Assembly (NCBI GenBank): GCA_965645245.1
Contig: OZ287074.1
Span: 1,178,001-1,242,000 of the forward strand
Direction of reading: 5' to 3'
DNA from: Massalongia carnosa
Taxonomy: Eukaryota
Length of the DNA stretch: 64,000 nt
Part shown: positions 32,924-47,130 of the stretch, one piece after another
How the letters are laid out: the number at the start of each line of letters is the position of its first letter
Numbering within the stretch: position 1 is the stretch's first letter
Translations under genes and position numbers: made by a program
Notes under the pieces: model-generated
Databases searched by the model: none
Told to the model about the DNA's origin: nothing
Seen by the model: only the letters and a program-made list of their open reading frames with translations

Positions 32924-35466
32924 TTATTTCTTGGAGCTGAAGAAATGTAGCCTTTTCTTCTTCTCCGAATCCCTCTCCTTATCTTTCTTCCCAGAACTTA
33001 GCTTACTCGTAGAAGTAGGGAACACCGGGGTCCTATTCGCTCCATTCGCCCCGCTGCCCGCTGCTCTGCCGCCAGGGTTTAACTCCAAGGCAGCCATGGC
33101 GGCCAAGGGCGGTTGATGTGGCGGGGGAGCCGCGTGTGTAGAAGGGGGCGGATCACGTTCGAAAAGGTGAGCTGGCGCGGTGGGTTTGGGTTGATCGGCT
33201 GGGAGGTTGAGGCGGCGCTTGTCGACGCTTAAATCGCCTACCTGGCGGAGGAAAAGACTCGGGGTTAGCATATGGGACGTGGCGAGGAAAATATCCTTAG
33301 AGAAGGACTCGGAGACTTCGTAGCACGCTCGCGATTCCGAGTACGTAGCGCCGCCGGCCATGAAGACGATGATGCGCTGTTTGGGCCCCGCCGCCGACGA
33401 CCGGGTCCGCGCCCATGTTGGCTTTGCGCTTCTTAGAGACGCTTGTGAGATGTTGTCTTGGCCCATGGGTCCTTCGGCGGCGTCTAAGTTGGGTTTGGTG
33501 AAGGGAAATCTAATCTGATCGAGAGAGCCTCGAATATGCTCTTCAAGCACGGTTTTGAGGGTGGGTTCGAATCTGGACAGCCCCGATTCTTCATCTATCA
33601 GTAGCGGAGGCTGTTTGCGGGGGAAAAAGGGCTGTGCAACCGGTCTTGGGTCTTTCAGTGCCCGTGAGACATGAGCGCCTAGGAGATCTAAGTTGTGGAT
33701 AACTTCGCCGTCCTGGGCGGGTAATTGAGCGTGTGCGAGGAGTTTCTTAATGTCTGACGGGAGAAGGCCATCGCGGTACAGGAGATACTCCATGATCAGC
33801 CGAAGTCGAGCTTGAGATGTTATTGCGTCGTCATCCAAGAGGCGTACAACTTGGTCCGCCAGGTTTTTGGGTTTCCTGTTGTCTTCGTCTAGACCTGTCG
33901 CTAATGACTGTTCTGAATTAGACCTTCAATACGCTATCTGCATACTCAATTGGACCCACCTGCTCTACAGAAGCTATATCTGGAAGCCGTTGTTGCTGGA
34001 ATATATTGACAGCTTCCTGCGCCATACCAAGATGTAAGGAGTAGGCTTCTTTCCCTTCTTGGAATTGAGGCAATCCAGCGAGCATGTCTTTGATATTGTT
34101 AAGGCTGCTTGGCTGGTCGCCACTACAAGCAAAAACCTCATTAATGTAAAGGCTTGATACATGCGGTGAGGCAAGCACTGACCTTTCGGCGAACTGAGGA
34201 TTCTTCGCTCTAAATTTTTCAAAGTCACTTACTAATTTGTTTATCAGATCCTTCATATGCAAATGTCGGTTAGCTACCCATATGTTATCCTTCTCACTAA
34301 TCTCTGCATTTCTAGCCTCTCCACCCGGAACATCCGGTTTACCGGGGGTTTTGTAGAATACACGATCCCCTTCGGTAATGGGTAAAAGGTCGTGTACCAT
34401 GGCCTGGTATGTGAATTCATGCACTAGAGGAGCGAAGAGATCCATTGACCGGTCGGTGATAATCAAGGCTCCTCGAGGTCGTGTTGAAGGGGGTGGAAAT
34501 TCCTCGTGAAACTTGGCATATTGATCCAGTTCGAGTTGGACAAACCGAGCAAGGTGTGAACAAAGTACGCCAGCTTCATGCTCGGGATTTCGTGGACTGT
34601 AGTATCGAATACTTGGATACTCTCCGAATGATACGCAAATTGATACAATCTAAAACAAACGAAATTAGCGCTTGATCTGGTTAGGCCTAGAAATAGATCT
34701 AAACTTAGACGAAGTACCTTCTGTGCAAGATCGTCCATGTGTTTCCGAACAAGCTGGTTACATGCCGGGTGGAAAAGCGTAGGAAAGCTCCAAGGATCGC
34801 GGAAGGTGATCAAATGAGATTCGCGTGGGAAAAACCCAATATTAAGAATTTTGATCTGGAGAATCTGTTCTCTTGCTATACTAGACTGATCAAGCCTGGC
34901 CCGTAGTTCCGGAGGTAAAACTGCTCCAGGGGAAGGGTGTCAGGGTCGGAGGGTTCGATACTGGAAGGGGCAAAGAGCCATCATATGTAGCTCACCTGAC
35001 GTCCAGACCAAGTATGATTTGCGATACCGCCGACGCTCAAAATCGGCCATTAAACAGTCAATTATATGCGGCTCAGGTGACAGCAAATAGACTGCATCCA
35101 TTTCGGGGTTCATGGGTCTTTTGTCCTCGAGCTGTTCAATATCTGTTCCGTTCTTAGCCTTGTCTGGTGTCAGGTCGTGGCTTTGTTGGGCGCACTCGTT
35201 ACATTTGCCTCAAGTATGTCATCTTCGCGGACCACCCCATCCACGAGCCTCTTGCTTCCCCCATCCAGCACCAGGACTTTCCACTATGAAGTAGAGGCGA
35301 TCAGCATATGAAACGAGCGATGAGCGCGAAGGCGAAAGTACTTCTCCGCGGGCTGTATTGCGAACAGTTTCAAGGATAACTGCAAGAGCTGTTAGTCTGA
35401 GCTGTTTTATTCTTGCGGAAAGCGCTCACTTTGTTGCTGGATCGTAATTGCAGAGGTTCCCGCCAT
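32924..35466 (-). CDS. SEC1: Sec1/Munc18 (SM) family vesicle-trafficking protein; multiple introns
   Basis: WKVLVLD, IEQLEDKR..MDAVYLLSP, ITDRSMDLFAPLVHEFTYQAM, LHLGMA, LSRFEP, RIIVFMAGGATYSESRACYE. Confidence 0.93.
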
Positions 35467-35871
35467 TGTCAAGATGCCCGCGGGTTGAATACCATTCAGC
35501 AGTGACAGCAATGCTCTGAGTTAGGGGACATTAAGATAACCTTACTCTATCATGGTAGAGAGAAGTTCGATAGGTAGATACCTCTAGCATAATGGCAACC
35601 TAACCCCCGACCCGCAACCTTCAGTGACGAAATTGGTCCGTGTCAGAGGTAGACGAATAATAGTTTATCCGACCCGTGTCGCTCTACAAGCCCGATTTGC
35701 CTATTAGTCCTGAATATTGACTTCTCGTAGCTTTAGCTGATCAATATTTTTCCGTCTTTCAAGCGCAAATCCTTTCCTTTGGCATTGTGATACCGAAGCC
35801 ACGACATGCATAGCTTGTTGATGGGATAATAGCAACAATCGCGTTGTGAACGGAACTAAACTAGTGCTGGG

Positions 35872-38447
35872 ATGCTGGTAGTGGAACAAAATGTGGTCCA
35901 TCGCTTCTGCTGCATCCTTAGACCAGATGCTTCGCCGTTCGTTGTGCAGAGGTCCGGGCTGTCGAGCGCTTTCCAGAGAAACCGGCCAGGTTATGGGAAA
36001 GACAGGCTTGCAGCAACGCCGGTGCAGTTTCAAAAGAGATGCCGAGTGGTAATTACCAGTTGGCTCAAACCCTTCCCAGGCTAACCTTACTTATAGCAGA
36101 CAAGACGACCCTTAAAAAGACCCGAACCACGATCTATTGCAAACCCTATGAAGAGGTTCAGAGACATTCGCCTGCAAGATCCCTCCAACTACGAACTAAT
36201 CAACTTGATATCCCAGGAGCTTTCCCAACTTCAGCAGTCTGTGATTGTGGGCGACCACCTAAGGTTTGCAGAAGATCTAAGTGCGAAGCTCCATTTATGG
36301 AAAACTCGGGATAAACGGCGGGAAATTCCACCATTGTTACAGCATCTGCGACAAGTTTATTGCGACACCGGATTGCATGGATTAAACCAACACCTCAAAT
36401 ATTTAAGCTATGGAAGTGTGGCGAATCGACAATTTTCCAAGTTTGACATTGGCGACCACCAAAAGCTTGCAGATCTCCGCTTCCCTATCGAATGGTATCC
36501 AGCAACACGAGCGATGCATCGAGAAATCCATTTGCACGTCGGTCCCACGAACTCGGGAAAAACCTATCATGCATTGAAAAGAATGGAGAAAGCAGAATCC
36601 GGGATCTATGCAGGTCCTTTAAGGTTGTTGGCGCATGAGATTTACTCAAGATTTACTGCCAAGGGGATAATGTGCAACCTTATTACCGGTGACGAGATGC
36701 TTGTCAGCCCTGAGGAGGCCGTTCCCATGACCAGCTGCACCGTGGAGATGATGTCAGTCAACCAAAAAGTGGAGGTTGCAGTTATTGATGAGATTCAAAT
36801 GATTGGTGACAGCTATCGAGGCTGGGCATGGACACAGGCCTTGCTTGGGGTACAAGCCAAAGAGGTGCATTTATGTGGAGAAGCAAGAGTCGTGCCACTA
36901 ATCCGGGAACTTGCGGCGCTGATGGGAGACAAGCTTAAAATTTATGAATATCAGCGTTTGAGCCCGCTCAGAACCATGTCGTCGAGTCTAAACGGGAAGC
37001 TGGAGAATCTCAGGAAAGGTGACTGTGTGGTAGCGTTTTCAAGGCTGGCGATACACATGCTTAAAGACGAAATTGAGAAGAAAACCAAGAAGCGGGTTGC
37101 TGTAATTTATGGAAGCCTCCCTCCAGAAACCAGGGCGCAGCAGGCCAGGTTGTTCAATGAGCCCGACAACGAATATGATTATCTGGTTGCTAGCGATGCT
37201 ATTGGCATGGGCCTTAATTTGTAGGTTTACTCCTGTTTTGGAATGATTCGCTAGTTGTTGACACTTTGTTTAGAAGCATCAAGCGGATCATTTTCGAGAC
37301 AACTCTCAAATACGACGGCGTGAAACGAGATTTGATTCCGGATAATCACCTTAAACAAATAGCTGGTCGAGCGGGCAGGTACCGCACAGCTACGCAAATT
37401 GATGACAACGATGCCTCTCATGACAAGCTCGGTCAAAGCTCCCTGACGCCGGGTTCGCCCACGCGAAACCTGGGATTAGTCACATCTTTGGAGCGGATGG
37501 ACCTTCCTAACGTCATACGAGCCATGCAAAGTGAGGCAGAGCCAGTCATGTCTGCGGGTATTCTTCCTCCTACAGCTATAGTCTCTCAGTTTGCATCCAT
37601 TTTCCCGCCGCGAACCCCTTTCAGCTACATACTTCTTCGTCTCCATGAATTAGCCTTAATACTCCCAAGATTTCATCTATGTGACTTAAGAGATGCGGTC
37701 AAAATAGCGGACATCCTAGAGCCGATTAAAAATCTCACTATCAACGACAAGCTCATTATCTGTTCCTCGCCTGCAAACCCAAAGATTGAACATATGTGCA
37801 CTGTTACCCGAGCTTTTGCGATATGTATTGCCAATAAGACCAGTGGCGGGCTTCTAGACATTCCGGAGCTGAATCTCGGAATCTTGAACAAACCCATCAG
37901 CATGCAAAAGGAGTACCTCCAGCGGCTGGAACTCCTACATAAGTCCCTTATTCTCTACCTTTGGCTGAGCTATCGATTCGCTGGAGTCTTCAACAATCAA
38001 TCCATGGCTTTCTACGTCAAAGGGCTAGTCGAGGCCAACATCGCCAAGACTCTCGCATGCTTTTCCGCCAACCAAAAGCTCAAGCAGCAGATGAAGATAG
38101 AGCGCGAGAAGGCTACGCTACGATATCTTAAGGAATCCTTCAAGGCATCGATTGGTCAGTCCCGCGGGGAAGAGGGCATGGACGACAACTCAGGAATGGC
38201 CCATGGCGCCAAGACTGCGGACGAGAAGGCTATGCTTGAATATTGTAGGGATTCTTCAATGCGGTCGGTTGAACAGGCGATAGTTGCTGTTGGCAACGAC
38301 CACAACGCTGGAGGGGAAATGGCCCATAGCCTTGCCCCGCAATTGGTCGATGGCCGTTCAACGACTCTACTCACTAAAAACGTTATTATACCTGAACATC
38401 TACTACAGGCAGTACACAAGGACGAGCAACCAAAAATTACAGCTTGA
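35872..38447 (+). CDS. SUV3: Mitochondrial ATP-dependent RNA helicase Suv3; start uncertain, introns ~36049-36096/9 and ~37221-37273
   Basis: EWYPATR, HVGPTNSGKT, GPLRLLAHE, VIDEIQM, YGSLPPETR, ASDAIGMGLNL, KQIAGRAGR, LYLWLSYRF. Confidence 0.93.
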
Positions 38448-40186
38448 GCCGTGCGAACTACTTATTTTCTTTGTTTGCACCATGGATTAAGTCGTCCGTT
38501 TGGAAAAAGCACCTTATCACAAAGCTTATGCTCTAAAGAGCGCTTAGAAGGTGAAAACAAAATTCGGAACTTTACCTTTGGTAGCTAATACTATTCCAAG
38601 TATACTCATATATCCCTTGACGTTGAGAAACCCTATCGAAACTCATGCCCAACCTATCGAACTTCGGGCATACTTAATTCGTCCAGCGATAGCATATGAA
38701 AACGAGGAAAGTGACTATAGCGTTAATATTGATAGGAAGACACTGGACTCATACTTTTCTCTTTCTCTCTCCCAGAAGCTCATTAGTCTTATTCTAACCT
38801 GTACCTACTTGTTCATCCCTCAATGTATGAAAAGCCATCCACCTAACACTCTATACCCAGTTCGCCCTCGTACAAAGTGTATTGCTAAAGTTCTGCTTGT
38901 TGAACAAGAATAGTGATTCCCTTGCAACGCTTTGTTTTCCCCAAAGGAAACCCCCCAGAAAGACCAAAATCAGTTAATTGATATATAAAGGGTCTGTTCC
39001 AGAGCCGGAATTTACCTTACGCCCTGCCATAACCGGGCTTATTTGCTATCGTGTCAAAAAACCCCTAGAATCTTGACTTTTCTCGCATCTTTCTCGCCTG
39101 CCCCGATGCACATATCCATGTATCTCCTTGGACTATCATCCAGCTAGCAAAAGAAGTTTCTGGCTACACACACCTATATCTCTGTATGGGTTGGAGCGTT
39201 ACGTCTATACGTACCCACCCCATAACTTGGCAATTCTTACTCCGTACTTGACACTGCGCATCATGAAGATACTTAGGTAGATAGTTAGGCAGGAAAAGGG
39301 GCTATGAAACGTTTCTCTGACTGGAACAATGAATCTCGATCTGGACCCAATATCTTTTGGGATATAAGAGAAGGGATCTTGTTTTTTTTCTTCGGTTTTC
39401 TACCTAGCGTTACACAGGAGCAGGAACACATTCAGATCGGGTTTTGGATAAGCCGTAGTAGCCTGCTGACGGACGCCGGCAATATTCCCACGGATCCTCC
39501 CCGGTTAGATATACGACTTTCAGATCAGACCGCTTTTCTTCTCTTCTCACGGCAATTCTACTGTTCATCCACGTATTCTACGCGCATCCCAGGCAGTACT
39601 TCACAAGCACGAGCATCAACAACGCTACTGGCAAAAGCAAAAGAGTTGAAAAATGGGAACTGTGAAGGATATCCATATTAGGGGTTCAAGCCTTAAGTTA
39701 GCTTTGCTGTAACCCCTTTTGCTGCACGCTAAGTAACTACTAGTTAAGCAGTTCCGCCGCTAGATTAGCCCTTGATTAGGTCATTGGCAATTACTAAGCA
39801 TCAAAAACAGTCAACGACGCCTCGACGATGTATTAGTTTTACTTGGTAGACAGAAACTTGTTTAGTAATCTCAAAATGGTATGGTTGATTGAACAAACCA
39901 TATAATATCAAAATAGAGAAGAATGATATAAAGTTTTTTGATAAAACGTGTTCGCTTGAAAATTTAGCGTGCTGCAAGTGCCTGCCGTGCAAGCCACCCA
40001 CGCCACATAACTATTATAGTACTCGTTAAGCTCGGATATGGCGCTTATGTAGATAAGATAATCTCAAAAGCTGATCGGCCTGTTTATTTCGACCTATTGG
40101 AGATAACTAATGGGAGCAATCGCATGCATTTAATTTTCGAACTTTCACCCATTTTGAACATCTGGATTCCGTCTCATTTACCAGGC

Positions 40187-43100
40187 ATGGACGACCTTGC
40201 TTCCCTAGAGCTACTTTCTTTAGTCTCAAATGTAACCTCGGAGTTGCAAAACCATCTTGGCATCCACGACAAAACCCTGGCCGAATTCGTGATTGCCCAG
40301 CACTCAAAATGTCAATCACTTGCAGAATTCAAGTCACACATGGATATCATGGGCGCAGATTTCCCTCAAAGCCTTCTCGAAAGTATCGATCGGCTAGTTC
40401 TTACCATGCATCCTAAGCACAAGGGTAAACAAAACGGCGAAAGCGTTGGCGCAGGCCAGTCGAATGGGGGAAGCATGCTGAATGATGTGGAAAAGAAGAC
40501 GAGAATATTCAAAGGACTCGCAATGCCAGATCAAGAGCAGCACTGGGAATTAAATGAACCAGAGGTGGATCGTAACAAAGGAGTCGCCAACGGAGCGGCC
40601 TTGGACGATACTTTTGCCATGCTTGAAGGACTGGCTGGAAAGGCTACGGAACGGCCGAGTAGGCAAAACGGCAGGAAGAGAAGTCGGAGCCCAGTGGATG
40701 ATGGGTATCAGAAAAGCAGGCGTCGCAAGGATAAGCACCGGTCGCGATCTAGGTCGTCGAGTCCTGAAATAAGGCATAAGAGGGGCCAGGGTCGCGCTTA
40801 CGACGCTGACTCAAGCCACAACGACTACCATGATCAAGAGTCATCACATCGAAATGGGCATAGGAGCAGCCACTGGCGACAACGGGAGGATGATAATAAT
40901 CAGTTCAAGCGACCCCAAACTCCAGAAATTGATGATGCACCCAGGTTGTTCAAGATCTACGAGGGATCGGTGACAGGGGTGAAAGACTTTGGTGCATTCG
41001 TTAATTTACGGGGCATTAAGGGCAAGGTTGATGGCTTAGTGCATGTCTCAGCGCTGCAGGAGGGTGCGCGGGTGAACCATCCTTCTGACCTAGTATCTCG
41101 AAATCAGGCAGTCAAAGTTAAGGTGGTTAGCATACAAGGTAATCGGATAGGTCTTTCGATGAAGGAGGTCGACCAGACAACAGGACGCGATCTTGTACCT
41201 CAAAAGAGATTAGCTTCAGGAGCGAATATGGAGCGCTTAGACGGAATGGGCCCTGCGACAGGTGGAAACGATCGTTACGATGGTAAAGGTCTAGATGTGC
41301 TTGTCATTGAAGGGGACATGGATGGTAGACCTATGCGAAATAAGAAGAGAATGACATCTCCCGAAAGATGGGAAATCAAACAATTGATTGCATCAGGTGC
41401 TATGTCTGCCCTAGACTACCCGGATATTGACGAGGAATACAATGCCACATTGGCAGGCGAGGGAGAGTTTGAGGAGGAGGAGGATGTTGATATTGAGGTT
41501 CGAGAGGAGGAGCCACCTTTCCTGGCGGGCCAAACTAAACAATCTCTGGAACTATCTCCCATACGAGTGGTCAAAGCTCCAGATGGATCGATGAATCGTG
41601 CCGCAATGGCCGGCACATCCTTAGCAAAGGAGCGTCGAGACCTACGACAACAAGAGGCGCAAGACAAGGCCGCCGAGCAAGCCTCGCAGGTAGACCTAAA
41701 TGCGCAGTGGCAAGACCCGATGATAGCGCCTGATCAACGCAAGTTTGCAAGCGACCTCAGAAACCCTCAAGCCAATAAGGTTTCAGATATTCTTCCAGAA
41801 TGGAAGCGGGTGACTCAAAGCAAAGACCAGCCTTTGGGGAAGAGGACTTCCATGTCAATTAAGCAACAACGAGAAAGCCTTCCAGTCTACAAATTTCGCA
41901 AGCAACTCTTGGATGCCGTAAACGAGAACCAGCTTATGATTGTGGTGGGTGATACTGGTTCTGGGAAGACTACACAGTTGACACAGTACTTAGCTGAGGG
42001 TGGCTTCGCCGATCATGGCATGATAGGTTGTACTCAACCACGACGTGTCGCGGCCATGTCTGTTGCAAAACGGGTTGCTGAAGAGGTTGGCTGCAAATTG
42101 GGTCAAGAAGTCGGATACACCATTCGTTTTGAGGACTGTACCAGCCCGGAAACTAAGATCAAGTACATGACGGATGGCATGCTTCAAAGAGAGATCTTGC
42201 TGGACCCGCTTCTAAGGAAGTACTCCGTTATCATGCTTGATGAAGCTCACGAGCGCACGATAGCAACCGACGTGCTGTTCGGATTGCTCAAAAAGACCTT
42301 GAAACGACGGTCAGACCTGAAAGTCATCGTTACCTCGGCCACGCTCGATGCAGACAAGTTCTCTGAATATTTCAACAAATGTCCTATCTTTACTATACCT
42401 GGGCGTACTTACCCCGTAGAGATCATGTACTCGAAGGAGCCGGAGTCGGATTATCTCGACGCTGCTCTTGTCACCGTCATGCAGATCCATCTCACCGAAC
42501 CTCAAGGCGATATCCTACTATTCTTGACGGGCCAAGAGGAAATTGACACCAGCTGCGAAATCCTGTATGAGCGGATGAAAGCTCTCGGTCCAAGTGTGCC
42601 TGAGCTCATCATTCTTCCCGTCTATTCCGCCCTCCCCAGCGAAATGCAAAGCAAGATCTTCGAACCCGCGCCGCCTGGCAGTAGAAAAGTGGTTATCGCA
42701 ACCAACATCGCCGAGACTTCAATTACGATCGATCAGATCTACTACGTCATAGACCCGGGGTTCGTCAAGCAGAACGCATATGACCCTAAACTCGGCATGG
42801 ACTCGCTGGTCATCACTCCCATCTCTCAAGCCCAAGCCAAGCAGCGAGCTGGACGTGCCGGACGAACTGGTCCCGGCAAGACCTTTAGGCTGTACACCGA
42901 AGCAGCCTTCCAATCGGAAATGCTTCCTACATCCATCCCTGAAATCCAACGTCAAAACCTCTCTCACACGATCCTCATGCTCAAGGCAATGGGCATTAAC
43001 GACCTGCTGCATTTCGACTTCATGGACCCACCGCCTACCAATACTATGCTCACCGCGTTGGAAGAACTCTATGCCCTTTCCGCTCTCGACGACGAAGGGC

Positions 43101-43962
43101 TCCTAACCCGCCTCGGCCGTAAAATGGCCGATTTTCCCATGGAGCCCGCGCTAGCCAAAGTCCTCATCTACTCGGTTGATATGGGCTGCTCGGACGAAAT
43201 TCTCAGCATCGTCGCCATGCTGTCGGTGCAAACTGTCTTTTACCGCCCCAAGGAAAAGCAGCAACAGGCGGACCAGAAGAAATCTAAATTCCACGACCCT
43301 CACGGTGACCACCTTACTCTGCTGAACGTCTACAACGGCTGGAAGCAATCCAAATTTAGCAATCCGTGGTGTTTCGAAAATTTCATCCAAGCGCGCAACA
43401 TGCGGCGCGCGCAAGACGTGCGCACCCAACTCGTGAGCATCATGGAGCGCTACAAGCACCCTATCGTCAGCTGCGGCCGCAACACGGTCAAGGTACGGCA
43501 AGCGCTGTGCTCGGGCTTCTTCCGGAACGCAGCGCGCAAGGACCCGCAGGAGGGGTACAAGACGCTGATCGAGGGCACCCCCGTCTACATGCATCCCAGT
43601 AGCGCCATGTTCGGGAAGCCGGCCGAACACGTAATTTTCCACACCTTGGTGTTGACCACGAAAGAGTATATGCATTGCACCACCGGAATCGAACCGAAGG
43701 TTTGCCACCCTCTTCCTTCCTCGCCCCCCTCCCCCATTCTTGTTTCCTTTCTTTTTTTTTACCACCCACTGACCCACAATAACAGTGGCTCGTTGACGCC
43801 GCGCCCACCTTCTTCAAGGTTGCCGCCACCGACCGGCTGTCCAAGCGTAAAAAGGCCGAGCGCATCCAGCCGCTATATAACCGCTTCGCCGGCGAGGACG
43901 ATTGGCGGCTCTCGGCGCAGAAACGGCAGGGGAGGGGAGGGGGAGGGGGGACTTGGGGTTAG
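40187..43962 (+). CDS. PRP22: Pre-mRNA splicing DEAH helicase Prp22; intron ~43700-43784
   Basis: PWI-like N-terminus, RS region, S1 domain (FGAFV..DGLVHVS), SPERWEIKQL, GDTGSGKTTQ, DEAH, SAT, QRAGRAGR; final exon WLVDAAPTFFKV..DDWRLSAQ. Confidence 0.97.
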
Positions 43963-44624
43963 GGTTGCAGTTTTTGGAGGAGGGGGGGGGGGTTTGTTTT
44001 CTTTGGGAAATGAACGGGAAGAAGGGGAGGCCCCCTTGGATGTTTTGCTCTTTATGGTATGTTTGTGTGTAGGTAGGTATGTATATCTAGTTGGGAGATG
44101 GACACGTGGCTATATATAAATCCGTTTTTTAAACTTGCGTCGACAAGCTGAAATCTCCAAACTTCACTACCACCACTCTAGACCCTCCCGTCCAGAACAC
44201 AATAGCATGCTAGCCAGACTCACGAACCCCAAAAAAACCCAAACTGCCCAAGAGATAGATATCTTGTAGGGAAGGGGAAAAGCACCCCATACAAACATAC
44301 CAGCAAGAGCAAAAAAATAACGAACACCCCAGCCCCCTATCCCTCCCCTCAGAAATATGCAAAATAGAGAACTCAAGAGCGGGTGCCATGCTTTTGCAGT
44401 TAGAGAGACAAATAGGTAGGGTTAGGTAAGGTAGACGGGTATCAATCATGCATATACTGGAAACCCCATTCCTCGTCCATCACGTCCATCACGTCCATCA
44501 ACATGCAAACCCCAGCCTCCCAAAACTCGCAGCGCTCGTAAGAATGGTATTGTAGATACAAAGCTCCCGCTTCCCTTACACCCAAGATTTCTGCTTCCTC
44601 CCGCGCGGAAATAAATATGTTCGC

Positions 44625-44930
44625 TCACTCCTGCCGCCGAAAGCCCCCAGCCCCACTGATCCCGAACCCAGGCCCCTCGGCGAATCCGTCCATCATGGCC
44701 TGCTGCCGCTGCGCCCCTCCAGCGCCGTAGTAAAGCCGTCCTTGCTGCGGCGGACTCATCCTGCCTTCCTGATTGAATGGCGCAAGGCTGAATCCCGGTG
44801 GCGGGGGGTTGTTCGGGTGGTTCATGGTCATGAAGCCTGGAGGGGGGGGCATACCCAAGGCGCTGCTATTGGGACCGAGGGTTCGGAGGCCAAAGTGCGG
44901 GGGTAGAGAACCTCTTTCGTTGCTACTGTT

Positions 44931-44972
<42 letters not shown>

Positions 44973-47130
44973 ATTGTTGTTGTTAGGATTGTTGTTGGAA
45001 CTGTTGGTAAGGTTGGGCATAAGGCCTGGTGGAAAGGGATTATGGGTGCGGAGCGGGGTCTGGAAACCAGGGGGAGGCGGGAGTATGCCTTGGCGCTGAG
45101 CCTGTATGTTTTGGAGGTATGCGGATGACGCTTGCTCGAGACCCGGAGGCCGTTGCAGACCGCCGGATGATGATACGGGTTGGTTTACACCTCCCGCGCT
45201 CGAGTTGCGCTGCTGCATCAGGTCGGGATTGAAACCACCGAAAAAGCCTGGTGGGAGACCTTTTCGCTCCGGCTGAGTGGTAGGATTTAGTCTGTCGCGA
45301 TGCTGCAGGTCCTCGCTTACGGGTTCGTTGATAAATCCCGGGGGCGGTCCGGTACCAGGCGTTTGTTGGCTGGAGCTACGAGGGGAGATGATAAGATTTG
45401 AGAATGGCAATATGCCAGGTGCCGGGCCATTCTCTACTCGTTGGGGGTTAGAATGGACTTGATTGAGGTTAGATCGCGGCTGTTGCGTTTGCTGCATGAG
45501 CTTGAGCAAGAATTCGCTGTCTCTGTTCTGCGGAATGGCCGCGTCCTTGAGATGTTGCGGGCCGAGTAAGCTCTCCAAACCGTTCGATTCGCGGGTTCGA
45601 GGCGGAGGTACTGTTTGCGAGGGCGGTACATCTCGTGGTGTTTTCTCTCTCGTTGACACTCCATTCCTTCCAGCATTTGGCTGTTGTTGGTCAAGAAGCT
45701 TCAAAATCCGTTGAAAGCCTTCTTTATCTTCATTGGAAGAATCCTTATTCGATTCTGAGGGTTGAGAGACAGATGGAAATGAATCGGAGCTTTGAGATTC
45801 TGGCGCTGGTTTGGCGCCGAAAAATCCGGTAAATTTTGATGGTTTCGGTACATTAGGCTTGTTGAGAAAATCCTTGGGTTGTTCTTGAGCACCTTGCTTC
45901 CATACTTCTTTGTTGCCTTCGCCCCACAAGCCAAAGAAGCCGTCAACCTTTGGATCCACTATTAGAGGCGTTTCAACCTTTCCTCTACCAGCGTTGCTGA
46001 GATTAGAGACAGTCCGCTCATGACTAGGTTTTGGTTCCGGTGACGATAAAGGTAGCTCCTGAGTAGGTCCATTAGTCGCCTTCATTCGCTCCTTCCATCG
46101 CTGAAAGTCCTCCTGAGTGTGGGCCTGCTTCTTTTGTTCGGGCTCAGGCTCGTCCATCCATTCGGGTTCTTGCTCAGACTTGGCCATCTTGTTCCATTCT
46201 CGATCCGTCGCACGCATGCCGCCTCTGTCCTTGTCTCGCCAATCCCGAGGCTTTGGGGTATCTTTGCTGCCATCTTGTGCCTCTCCCTCCAAACGTTCGT
46301 CATCTCGATACCATGATGGTTCAAAACGCCCTCTCACTGGACCAGTGCGACGTGTTATGACATCGCCATTATCTTCGTGATCTGCTTCCCGTCGATATTT
46401 CTCAAAGCCTCTCTGCCCCCTCGGTTCTCGGCCACCATCCTTTTCTCTTTCTTTGTCCCGATCCAGGTTCCGTCGATTACCCCGCTCAGAATCTTCACTT
46501 GCAGGCACCTTCTGCTGCCTAGCCCCAGACCATGATTCGTTATCATCTTTAGTAGCTTTCCGATTGTGGAGGTTTCCAGGTCTTGTGTCACGAGATTTAT
46601 CTGCGTCTTTCTCAGCTTTGTGCCCGTCTCTCGTGAACCTTTCCTTGGAGTTGAATCGATCTTGGTTGGCAGCTTCTTCATTGAGGGGACCATGGTTTGT
46701 ACGGTGAGGGGAATCGAGCGGTCTGCTCCCATTTCGAGCACCAGAGGCGGAAGCGAATGCTGTTTTTGGAGGTCCAAGGACGATATCTTCGGGTGCTGAG
46801 GTTTGACAATTAGTTCCTTTGAAGTATGTAAAATAATCTAGTCGTGACCCACCAGTAGTTGATCCTCTTAAGATGTTCTTCGTTTCGAACAAAGGTCTTC
46901 GGTTCAGAGCTTCGTTTATGGTTGAATCATCGAGTTTTCCTCTATTTGGCAGTCGCCTCTGGTTTGGATCTTGAAGGGGGCTTGCTCAGAGATTAGGCCA
47001 AAGTACCACGAAACTATGCTGTCTGCACTCACCCCATCCACTCATCGGTAGGAAGTAAACCCGCAGGCTTGCATACTAACGGAGACGCACGTAGTCGCAG
47101 CAGTTCCCCAGCTTCATATTGCCGCGACAT
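44625..47130 (-). CDS. Low-complexity fungal protein with N-terminal eIF4E-binding-like motif (Eap1/4E-T-like); introns ~47031-46982 and ~46852-46796
   Basis: First exon MSRQYEAGELLRLRASPLVCKP..LP..EWMG; downstream IVLGPPKTAFAS, EPEWMD, HTQEDFQRWKERMK, DKEGFQRIL and a Pro/Gly/Asn-rich C-terminus. Confidence 0.75.
44928..44984 (-). repeat. Coding (AAC/AAT)19 trinucleotide repeat encoding poly-Asn
   Basis: GTT/ATT run on the + strand inside the 755-aa ORF. Confidence 0.95.

Noticed and set aside
38448..40186. Hidden gene or ncRNA in the SUV3-PRP22 gap
   Set aside because: Short ORFs lack motifs, and no tRNA, snRNA or 5S signature was recognisable by eye. An Rfam scan would be needed to exclude one.
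40097..44119. 1340-aa ORF as the literal Prp22 protein
   Set aside because: It starts at a non-ATG codon upstream of the likely start (40187) and reads through the last intron out of frame. The true C-terminus comes from the exon after ~43784.
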